From assembly GCF_001194135.2 (NCBI RefSeq), contig NC_068994.1, forward strand, positions 37,805,408 to 37,869,407: 64,000 bases of DNA, written 5' to 3'. The notes under the pieces were generated by a model. It ran no database searches and was not told the origin of the DNA. It worked only from the letters and a program-made list of their open reading frames with translations. Below, piece after piece: positions 40,104 to 51,030 of the stretch. The translations under genes were made by a program, and so were the position numbers. The stretch's first letter is position 1, and each line of letters starts with the position of its first letter. The stretch comes from Octopus bimaculoides. Its lineage: Eukaryota.

Positions 40104-40465
40104 TAGGGTTTGCCATACATAGGAACAATTTATCTTTTTATAAGAAACAATTTATAAGAACAGTTTTTTTTTGTTTTTTTTTATAGTGACCATTGTTTTG
40201 AATATACACTGCAATGTGTTTACCCCACTCATTGTGAACTCATAATAGCACATCTGGTGGTACGTGTGCAAATGGGTTGGTGATGCATTCATTCAAATGA
40301 TTTATGTCTTTTATCTTTCCACGATACACCATGCCTTTCAAATGTTCCCAAGATAGAAATCAAGAGGGACCAGATCAGGAGATCTAGGGGATCTTATAAA
40401 CTGTTTCTTATTCTTATGAAAAAATTAATTATTCCTATGTATGGAGACTTTGAATCACCCTGTAT
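40104..40465 (-). mobile_element. Internally deleted Tc1/mariner element with a transposase C-terminal fragment
   Basis: Minus strand: TA-cagggtgattcaaagtctcc (TIR-like), then PRSPDLVPLDFYL(W)EHLKGMVYRGKIKDINHLNECIT...VHNEW...QNNGH (1-nt frameshift). A degenerate TIR-like copy lies near 40104-40170. Confidence 0.75.
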
Positions 40466-41558
40466 ATGTAGGTATGAATGTGTATATATATAATTCATGA
40501 AGGAAACAGACAATAGGTTTGGTAGAAATCAATATTCTATGTGATGATTGTTTCAACCCATCCTGCAGCTGTCCCTTATGGGTAGGATACTGTGCAGCAA
40601 GTTGTGTCGCATTAATCAATGCAGTCTGTGTCTCATCAGGTGTTTGGTATAAAAGATATACTATTTTAACAGTTTATATATTTTAACAGTTTCTGTCTCC
40701 TGAAAGTAAACATAAGGCTTTGGTTCATCTATAAACATAGTAGAGATTTGCCCAAGGTGCTGCACAATGTAATTGAACTCTAAATCAAATTGTTCAGAAG
40801 TGAACTTCATAACTACACAAACATTAAAAATATATATTACATCCATCATTCAAAACCAGAAGGCTCTTTAAGACATTGGTTGGAGAGACAGAACATTCCG
40901 CTTCAGAAATATTTGAAGACATTTTATCCATTAACAAAATTTTCATAGAAATACGCCCCGAATCTATTCATGTCATTCATAAATTTCATACTTCTTAGCC
41001 ACTGGCTTATATATGTATGAGCGTGTGTGTATGTGTGTCTATATATATAATTATATATATATATATAATTATATATATATATATATATNNNNNNNNNNNN
41101 NNNNNNNNNNNNNNNNNNNNNNNNNNNNNNNNNNNNNNNNNNNNNNNNNNNNNNNNNNNNNNNNNNNNNNNNNNNNNNNNNNNNNNNNNNNNNNNNNNNN
41201 NNNNNNNNNNNNNNNNNNNNNNNNNNNNNNNNNNNNNNNNNNNNNNNNNNNNNNNNNNNNNNNNNNNNNNNNNNNNNNNNNNNNNNNNNNNNNNNNNNNN
41301 NNNNNNNNNNNNNNNNNNNNNNNNNNNNNNNNNNNNNNNNNNNNNNNNNNNNNNNNNNNNNNNNNNNNNNNNNNNNNNNNNNNNNNNNNNNNNNNNNNNN
41401 NNNNNNNNNNNNNNNNNNNNNNNNNNNNNNNNNNNNNNNNNNNNNNNNNNNNNNNNNNNNNNNNNNNNNNNNNNNNNNNNNNNNNNNNNNNNNNNNNNNN
41501 NNNNNNNNNNNNNNNNNNNNNNNNNNNNNNNNNNNNNNNNNNNNNNNNNNNNNNNNNN

Positions 41559-41592
<34 letters not shown>

Positions 41593-41721
41593 TAAACATA
41601 TGTACACATATATACACATTTAGACACTCAATGTACACATGCATATATTCATCATACACCAAACATATGTGTGGATGTATATGTGAATGTATATATATGT
41701 GTATATATACATACATATATA

Positions 41722-43437
41722 TCTGCAGTGACAGCCATGAATTTGACTCAGTCTTAACTCATGGCTTGCCACTTCATACTTCGTAGATATCCCCTCACCA
41801 CTATCCACACCACCCTTGCCAGAGCATGTTCCGTGGACCGTGACTCTGCTCTCTCTCCTCGCACCAGCTCTGCCATTTCCCGTCTCCTGTTTCCCCTCAC
41901 CTACCACCTCTCCACCCTGCCTCTCCAATGCACCATTCTCCGAGCCTTCCGGCAACTCCAGTCTGAGTCCTTCTCTTTGCAAATCGTCCCCAACCAATTC
42001 CTTCCTTCCTTCAAACAAGCCTACAACCTACGTGACCTCCTGATCCATGGTTTCTTCCTTAACCCCAATTCCCAACTGGGCTTGTTCCCCTACTCCCACC
42101 TATGCTGCTGCACTTTCCCCTACCTCTCCAACACCACCATCCTCACAAGCACCCATCATCATCCCTATCATATCACTGACTCCTTTACCTGCACTTCTAG
42201 CAATGTCATTTACTGCATCTCCTGCTCTTTCTATCCTTCTCTGTACATCGGTCAAACAGGATGCTGTTTGGTTGACCATTGCATGGAGCACCTTCGAGAT
42301 ATCAGATTCAGCAATGACACCCTGGTCTTGCACCATTTCTACTCTACTGGTTATTCATTACAACACCTATCTGTGTTTGGATTGTCTTTGCACAGGGGTC
42401 ATCCAGACTCCCGCCTTTGCCGTGAGCAGGAATTAATCTTCTCTCTTTGCTACTTTGTGCCACATGGGCTCGACTCCGCTCCCCTCCCCATCTGACTCCC
42501 CTCCCCTCCCTCCCCTCTNNNNNNNNNNNNNNNNNNNNNNNNNNNNNNNNNNNNNNNNNNNNNNNNNNNNNNNNNNNNNNNNNNNNNNNNNNNNNNNNNN
42601 NNNNNNNNNNNNNNNNNNNNNNNNNNNNNNNNNNNNNNNNNNNNNNNNNNNNNNNNNNNNNNNNNNNNNNNNNNNNNNNNNNNNNNNNNNNNNNNNNNNN
42701 NNNNNNNNNNNNNNNNNNNNNNNNNNNNNNNNNNNNNNNNNNNNNNNNNNNNNNNNNNNNNNNNNCCTCTCCTCTCTTCATCTGACACCTACTGCTACTC
42801 TTCACTCCTACCCACCTTCTCCCTTCATTGATACTCCTTCGTCCACCCTACCCCTACAAATCCTACTCCCACTTACTCCACCCCTTCCTTCACCTCCTCA
42901 CCCCACCCCCACATCCTCACCACAAACCCACACCTCAACCACACACCACCACACCACACCCCACATCACACCACCCCACATCACTTTGCACACACTAGCA
43001 CTGACCACTTCCCAGCACCCACGCCATCATCCACACACCCACACATTACAGACACACACGCTTACACACACATTCACGTGTCAAAGTCACCAGCCCCTAT
43101 CCATACGCATGCACTTACACACACCCACATACACACACGCACATGCACCTTCAGTTTGGGATCACCAGTACTTTATTATCTCTCCCTCTTCCTAGCTCTC
43201 CTGTCTAACTACCTTTGTCCAACCAGTCACCATGATTGACCACTAACTTCCGAAGTTTTTTTAATCTCTCTTTATTTTTTAATTCTCTCTCTGTTTATTT
43301 CCTTGTGTTCCTTTCTGTTGAAGAGTGTAGGCTCAAAATCTCAAAGACTTTCTCACCTTACCGAGTGTCAAACTAATACACCTGCTTATTGTTTATACAC
43401 CTGTCTTCATCTTTTGTCTTTCTGTAAATTTCAACTA
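41722..43437 (+). mobile_element. 5'-truncated Penelope-like element (RT thumb, GIY-YIG endonuclease, 3' pLTR-like end), antisense in the protocadherin intron
   Basis: ORF 41761..42495: HFILRRYP...FPLTYH...FTCTSSNVIYCISCSFYPSLYIGQTG...EHLRDI...HHF...REQELIFSL...PHGLD. The 3' end carries a hammerhead-like remnant ctgttgaagagtgtaggctcaaaatctc (~43315-43342). (TA)n on both sides. Confidence 0.9.
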
Positions 43438-43453
43438 TATTTATATATATATA

Positions 43454-43660
43454 CAATTGCAGCATGGAAGGTGTTTATAAGCCATTTAAGAAACACACAA
43501 AAACCATTAGATTCATTTCAACATTTAAATTTAATTTGCCAAAATATTTTCGTCGGAGTTTCAAAGCGATGAAAATATTTTGGCAAATTAAATCTAAGTG
43601 TTGAAGTGAATCTAACGGCTTTTGTGTGACGGCTTATAAACACCGTCCATGCTGCTATTG
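43454..43660. mobile_element. Fold-back element (~95-bp arms, 11-nt loop) abutting the Penelope 3' end
   Basis: gcagcatggaaggtgtttataagcc...ttagattcatttcaacatttaaatttaatttgccaaaatattttcgtcg / cgatgaaaatattttggcaaattaaatctaagtgttgaagtgaatctaa...ggcttataaacaccgtccatgctgc. Confidence 0.85.
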
Positions 43661-44309
43661 TTTTTGTTCCAGCACATGATCTCAGATCAGGTCACTTGCN
43701 NNNNNNNNNNNNNNNNNNNNNNNNNNNNNNNNNNNNNNNNNNNNNNNNNNNNNNNNNNNNNNNNNNNNNNNNNNNNNNNNNNNNNNNNNNNNNNNNNNNN
43801 NNNNNNNNNNNNNNNNNNNNNNNNNNNNNNNNNNNNNNNNNNNNNNNNNNNNNNNNNNNNNNNNNNNNNNNNNNNNNNNNNNNNNNNNNNNNNNNNNNNA
43901 TATCCATATATATAATCATTTAGAATAAAATCTTTCAACATAATTCTAGATAACCAATAATATAAAGAAAAATGGAGCCAGCCTGCAACATTTCAGTTCA
44001 TTTAGAATAGACTTCTGGTGTCCAGAAATGAAATTATCGATACAATATTCATTTTACTTTATAATTCATTGACTCTATTTATTCCATAAATTATCTTAAG
44101 GTAAATTTCTTTCAATATTTAATTTCTACTCATGGAATGACTAACAAGAGATCTAAAAACACAACAGGTTGGTTCCATTATGAATTAAGGTATTTTTGTT
44201 TTGTTTTCTGTGTTTTTTTTTTTTTTGTTATTGGTAAAATAATAATGATTGTTATATTTTGCTGTCATAATCTTTTGATCAAAAATAACAATATATTCAA
44301 ATTATTTAC

Positions 44310-46718
44310 CTGACTATCTCCTTTTGTTATGGTCTGCATTTGAAATCCAGAAGCAGAACCTTCTAGATTAGGTTCTGATTTATATCCTGAATGGGTTTCC
44401 CTTTTGGGTACTGTAATTTGACAGTTTCTATTACTAACTTGGTCTCCTACTATAGTAAATGGAATGTCATATTTTGGTGAAATAGGTTCGCATATATATT
44501 CTGATGGCCTTCGTTCTCCAACTAAATCATTGTTTGCATCAATCCGGTAACCGTACTGGACCTCTCTTTGATTCTGTCTTTGAACAATACAGACTATTAT
44601 AGAAACTACAATAGCTGTAGATATTATCACAGCAGCTATTACAATTATTACTACTAAACTGATATGTATCATATCATCTGACTCAGTGTGTTGAGCTGTG
44701 TAAAGCTGAGAAGTGCTGTTGCTGACTGTTAGAGTCAGAAATACTGTAGTGGTTGCTGATAATACTGGAGTCCCACTGTCTCTGACCACAAAACCAAGGT
44801 CATATGAGCCAGCATCATTTTGGTAAACTGGACGAGAGAAAGACAATACTCCAGAATGTGGGTTTACATTAAACAACTGTTTGTCATTGCCTTTGACAAT
44901 TTCATATGTCAGGAAAGCATTCACATGACTGTCTCTGTCAGAGGCTCTTAGTACTGTGATGTCTTTGTTAATTTGTGGATGATAGTGGACATCTAGACTG
45001 AAGGGGTTAACACTAGGGAAAGTAAAGTATGGTACGTTGTCATTCTCATCCATGACTTTAACAATAACATTTGCAGTGTTGTTTAACGGTGGTATTCCAC
45101 TGTCTTTTACAGAAACTTGAAATTTATAGATCTCTTGTTGCTCACGATCTAAAGATTGTGTTGTTGAAATAAATCCAAAATCAGAAATTTCAAATGGAAG
45201 AACATATTGATCCTTACTGAAGAGTGAATAATAGAGTTTATTTTCTGGTCCCAGGTCTGGATCAGTGGCATTTATAAATCCAACAAGGAAGTTTGATTTT
45301 TCATTTTCATAGGCCAAAAATTTAAAAGTATCTTTGGTAAACATAGGCCTTACATCATTGATATCCACTACTTCAATTGAAAATTGACTCTGAGTTTGTA
45401 ATGAAGGAGAACCTCTATCTTTGCAAGTTATATCAAATTCAATGTGACTTTCAGTTTCTCTATCAATTTCACTTTTAACTATAACTTTATATTTCATTTT
45501 ACCTAAACTTTGAAGTTGAAGTTTGTCATGATGAAGGAAACAGTCAACTTCTCCATTCTGACCAATGTCATCATCTATGATCTTAACAAAGGCTATAAAA
45601 CTGCCTACTTTTATTCCTTCAGATATTGTCAATTTGTTTCCAGATGATTGGGAAACAAATTTTACCTCAATTTTGGGTATGTTATTTTGTTGATTTATGA
45701 TATTTACTAAAACCATTGCTGTAGAACTCAAAGGTGGAATACCCCCATCTACAGCTTCAATAAACAACTTGTGCATTTTCTTGGATCCTGAGAAATACTT
45801 TTGGATAAGGAAAATCTCACCTGTTTCTTTAACTAATTTGAAATATGATTTAGCATTGTTAGATGTTTTGGAGCCAAAATAATATGATATTTTACCATTT
45901 TCGCCACTATCTAAATCCGTTGCAGATAATATGGTAATGGGTTTGTTTTTCCTAAATCCATTATTGAGTGAAACATTGTAAACATTTTTAGCAAAACGTG
46001 GTGGATTATCATTAACATCCGTTATGGAAATGTGGACATTTAAAATAGTTTGTTTTGGAGGAAATCCTTGGTCCTTGGCTACTATCTGTATGTCATAATT
46101 ATCTTCCATTTCTCTATCAAGTCTTTGCTCCAAAATTATTCCAAGTTTAGCTGTCCCATCTATTTTCTTGGACACAGATAAACTAAATGGCTGTCCGTGT
46201 TCATTCTTCATCCAGTAAACAATTTGTGAGTTCTGAATTCCAACATCTTTGTCAATGGCATTTGCTATTGAACGTCTTACCCCTTTGCGATCATCTTCAG
46301 AAAATTCTATCTTTACATGATCCTCAGGGAACTCTGGACGGTGATCATTGACGTCTTTTAATATAACTTTGATTTCAAGAATTTTTACAAATGATTCCTT
46401 ATTTTGAACAGCAATGTCAACTGTCCTGAAGCATTCAGTATTGTATTTGCAAAGAGCTTCAGTATCTAGTTGTTGGGCTGTGTAAAGTTTCCCAGTTCTT
46501 GAGACATTAAATAACCATAATGTGTCATTAACACCCTCTTTTAGTTGACTGAACCAAATTAATGCACGGTCTTTTAAAGGTATGTTTTCCAACTGTATGT
46601 CTGCAGCGATATTTCCAATATATGTATCAGGTCTTTGCCCTTCCTCTACTTGATAAGTGATATCTATGCACAAGGAGAGATTTGGAAGGAAGAGGAATAT
46701 ATATGTATGTATCTTCAT
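44310..46718 (-). CDS. Protocadherin, coding exon 1 (aa 1-803): signal peptide, EC1-EC6, transmembrane helix, proximal cytoplasmic region
   Basis: ORF-track 817-aa ORF. Hydrophobic N-terminus MKIHTYIFLFLPNLSLC. Cadherin motifs DVNDHRPEF, LDRE, DVNDNPPRF, ATDLD, IDRE, DINDVRPMF, ATDPD, LDRE, DENDNVPYF, ASDRD. EC1 has C-x5-C (CKYNTEC). TM ISLVVIIVIAAVIISTAIVVSIIVCIV (aa ~686-712). Donor CAG|GTAAAT after Q803 (phase 0; intron starts 44309). Family is clear, but no ortholog symbol can be assigned. Confidence 0.97.
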
Positions 46719-46754
46719 ATTTCTTAATGTAAAAATCCAATCCAGTGAGAAAAT

Positions 46755-46775
46755 CTGAAATGAAAGAAAATAGTT
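46755..46775 (-). promoter_or_regulatory. 3' splice acceptor upstream of the protocadherin start codon (implies an upstream 5' exon)
   Basis: The minus strand reads actattttctttcatttcag|ATTTTCTCACTGG, a long pyrimidine tract with AG at 46756-46755, 36 nt before the ATG at 46718. Confidence 0.7.
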
Positions 46776-46798
46776 TTGTATTTGATTTTTTTGTTACA

Positions 46799-46849
<51 letters not shown>

Positions 46850-47849
46850 TATACTAAAGATTTTATACATTTAAATTTAAATGATATTTGTCATCATCAC
46901 TGTCTATATTGTCATCAACATCAATATTGTCATTGTTTTTATGTCATACATATATATGTATATGCATAAATATATATATGTGGGGTGGGGTAGGGGTTTG
47001 TGTGTACCTCTCTCTCGACATGAGCATCACCAACATACAAGCAATGTTGTTCACTTCCACTCTTCTGTGAAAACATGTCTAGCTATGGGAAAATTTTACC
47101 CTACTTGGAAACAAGTGAGGATGGTGACAGGAAGGGAATCTGGCTGCAAAAATCTGCCTCAACACATTCTGTCTAATCTATACAAGCATGGAAAAGTGGA
47201 CATTAATTGCTGATGATGAGGATGACATAACATATGCCATACAAAAAGCCATAAAGGGCAACACAAAGTCTACATACCACATTTTGCCCATGTCAGTGCT
47301 AAATATATCCACTAAACCAAAAGTTTCTCACATCTTTGCAGATGTCAAAGCATATCTTTTACCTTGTGCTTTGTTTCAGTTATAGAATTGTGGCAATGCT
47401 GAGGGACAACCTTGAAGAATTCTATTGAACAAATCGATTGCAGTTTTTTACTTTCGTTTTCTTTTCATTTTTTTTAAAGTCTGGTACATTTTGAATTGGT
47501 CTCTTTTGTGGAACTGCTAAGGTATGAGAGTTTAGACAAGCCACTACAAACACAGATACATACAAACATACACACATACATACACCCCCCACACACACAA
47601 CACATATAGATATAGATAGATAAATATAGATATGTATAAATATGTGTGTGTAAATACATATGTGTGTGTTTTTTATTATTTAAAACAGTTTGATTTGGGT
47701 CCATTGCAACATGCTGAATCTCCCTGAGAACTACGTTGAAGGTACACGTGTTTGTGGAGTGCTCCGCCACATGCACATTCATTTTATGAGCTGGCTGTTC
47801 TGTTGATCGGATCAACTGGAACCCTCATCGTCATAACCGATGGAGTGCC

Positions 47850-47886
<37 letters not shown>

Positions 47887-49292
47887 TATGTGTGCGCGTG
47901 TGCACACACACAAACACACAAACACACACACACGCACACAATGGATTTCCACTCACTTTTTATTTGTGAAATTCACTCATAAGACATTGGTTGACCCAGA
48001 GCTGTGTTATTGTATAAGATACTTGCTCAAGGTGATACACAATCGAACTGAAATAGTATCTGGCTATCCAATTTGATAGACATGTATATTATTGATAAAG
48101 AGTAATGAATGACCATGGGATTGCATCCACAAAGTTCCTCTCTGAAGCACAAGGCTGGGCAAGGTTGTTTATGGAAGACCAGCAGTCGCCCATGCATATC
48201 AGCCTCTCCATTGCCACTGATGTTATCCAAGGGAAAGGCAAAGGCCAATGCAGCTTGGCACCATTGACATTGCAACTCGTTTCTACGGGTGAGTAAACTG
48301 GAGCAATGGGAAATAAAATGTCTTGTTCAAGAACATAACACACATCTTGGTCTGGGAATCGAACTCACTACCTCATGATTGTGATCCCAATGCTCTAGCC
48401 ACTGAGTTATGCATCTTTTATATTGTTGATATATATATATATACTATTTTATGATGCTTTCACACTGTATAAAATTGATGCAGTCTGGAAGCCTTTAATA
48501 TTGATATCAGTTTCTAATTTTGACACTAGGTCAGCAATTTTGGAGGAGGTTGTTAAGTCAATTACAATGATGCCAATAATCAAGTGGTCCTTAGTTAAAT
48601 GACCCTGAAAGCATAAAAGGCACAGTCAGCCTCAGGAGAATTTGAACTCAGCATGCTAACAATTGTGCCAATTTACCACCTTGCCTTTGATTACAGAATG
48701 AATATTACAGAATATTACAGAATGAAAATCACAAGGTTACTTTTGGAAGAAAATTTTTTGCTTGTTCTGTAACTTGTTCTGCCCCAAGTTACAGACACTC
48801 CCTTGTCACTTTCGCTATTTGAAAGGTATTGACTGAACCAGTGATTAATTCAAACCTGTACCCAATGACATTATTTTTCACAAAATGCAATAGAAAATTA
48901 ATTTTAGACAACTTAAGATTAAATAAATTTACAACTTATCTAAGGAATTTGAAATTTTTTTTTTCTTCTGTTCTCTTTTATTCTTGGGCATCAGCATTTA
49001 TGTAACACCACTATAAATTCTTCTTCTGTACTTGCTTTATGGGCCAATGGATCTCATAGCTTCCTCAGATCTCTTAACCATGATTATTATTAATATATAT
49101 TTCTTTGAATTAAAAATAAGGGCCAATTTATTTAGTAGAGGGGTAATATCAATAGAATTGATTTCAGTAGATTACTAGTAATTGTTATATATTTGCTATT
49201 TGTGTCAGTTCCTCTGTGTTACTTGTTATAATATGAGCTACTTAATGAATTATGTTCCTTTTGCAGTACCCTGCTAGTTACGGTAGCTGGAA

Positions 49293-49323
<31 letters not shown>

Positions 49324-49575
49324 TGTATAAAACACAAAGGAATGAGGATTTTAGTTCACAATAGGGAACACCTTGTAAAAGTCATGTACATGCATTTTTC
49401 TTTAGATCAGCATAATGCTATTATTGATTAAATATGAATCAACTACTCACAGAGAACCATCACATCTAAGGACCTTAAGATGTGTGCAGAACAGAAACAC
49501 ATGTTGGCATCTTATATGTTAGAAAATATTAATTAAAGGTATATAATTCTCTATTCTTTATTGTGTATTTCCATA

Positions 49576-49614
<39 letters not shown>

Positions 49615-49720
49615 TCTCTGAGTGGTTGGCGTTAGGAAGGTTGCACCAGTCCTCAGTCAAATCGTCCAACCCATGCTAGCATGGAAAGCGGACGTTAAAC
49701 GATGATGATGATGATTATGA

Positions 49721-49760
<40 letters not shown>

Positions 49761-49811
49761 TGATCTAATTATAAATCTCATAGAGAGAATTAAGCAGCAG
49801 TGATATGATAA

Positions 49812-50098
49812 AGCAGTTGTATACTGTCAACTCAATGTGACAGTCCCAATAAGGGAATCATACTGCTGGTATTTAGCCCTAGGAAGCTAGACCGCTTCCT
49901 GTTGGCCTTGACACATTTCCTGTGTCCTGGTATTTGCGAGGGGGAGACAAGCACCCCCACCCAGCTCAGTGTGCATATACGGACACAGGAAATGTGTCAA
50001 GGCCGACAGGAAGTGGTCCAGCTTCCTAGGGCTAAATAGCAGCAGTATGATTTTCCCTTATTGGGACTGTCACATTGAGTTGACAGTATACAACTGCT
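49812..50098. mobile_element. MITE / fold-back element with ~116-bp terminal inverted repeats
   Basis: Arms 49812-49927 and 49981-50098 are reverse complements with 4 substitutions and one 2-bp indel. 53-bp spacer. TA-rich flanks. Confidence 0.9.
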
Positions 50099-50634
50099 AT
50101 ATATATATGTATATATATATATATATATATGTAGCTCCAATTGGGCCACTGCAGAATGAAATTTTTACACTGGATATTGTCATCCAACACACTAGATCTT
50201 TGGAACAAGCTTATCTTTTAAATGATTGAATTGGCATCAGTAATCTTCTTTCGATACTTTTGTATTCTATCTACAACAACTACTTAAAAATACATATGAA
50301 CAGTGATCATTTTAGAATATAAATGTAATTTTAGTGTAATTAATGGAATTTAGAAGAATGATAATTATGTTATGTAACTGAAACATTTAAAAAAATATAT
50401 ATATTTTATTTCTTTTCAGCTTTGCCATTTACTGTTAATTAAATAAGTGGATAGATGCAGACAGATAGTCTTTGAGAAAAAAGAAGAGGGAAAAAAAAAA
50501 CATGAGCAGAAGTGGTGAGGGCTTGTCTTAGGATGCTGAGCTTCACAAAAGAGATGAGGAAGGACAGGAAAAAGTGGAGAGATACTATTTAGAAATTAAC
50601 CTGTTCAACCCATAGCAACATGGAGAAATTGATG

Positions 50635-51030
50635 TGGTCACAGTAATGGTGGTGGTGCTGGTGGTGCTGGTGGTGGCTTTGGTGTTGGTCGTGGTGGTGG
50701 CTGTGGTCTTGGCTGTGGTTGTGGTTGTGATCATAGTGAAGGTCTTGGCAATGGTAGTGGAGGTGGTGGTGGTAGTGGTGGTGGTGGTGGTGGTGGNNNN
50801 NNNNNNNNNNNNNNNNNNNNNNNNNNNNNNNNNNNNNNNNNNNNNNNNNNNNNNNNNNNNNNNNNNNNNNNNNNNNNNNNNNNNNNNNNNNNNNNNNNNN
50901 NNNNNNNNNNNNNNNNNNNNNNNNNNNNNNNNNNNNNNNNNNNNNNNNNNNNNNNNNNNNNNGGAGGTGGTGGTGGTGGAGGTGGTGGTGGTGGAGGTGG
51001 TGTTAGTGTTTGCAATGATGGTGGTAATGA
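50635..51030. repeat. (GGT)n-type trinucleotide tract with gap; similar tracts at 370-500 (ACC) and 58630-58735
   Basis: Direct reading. Source of the poly-Val and poly-Pro pseudo-ORFs. Confidence 0.9.

Noticed and set aside
42047-42436. Overlapping 129-aa (+) and 78-aa (-) ORFs in alternative frames
   Set aside because: They are shadow frames of the CT-rich Penelope endonuclease ORF.
45697-45882. 61-aa plus-strand ORF inside the protocadherin exon
   Set aside because: A short antisense shadow ORF with no independent evidence.
44265-46718. Intronless 817-aa protocadherin as the full gene model
   Set aside because: A phase-0 donor after Q803 and two phase-compatible downstream exons explain the structure better. 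The 817-aa form is kept only as a possible minor isoform.
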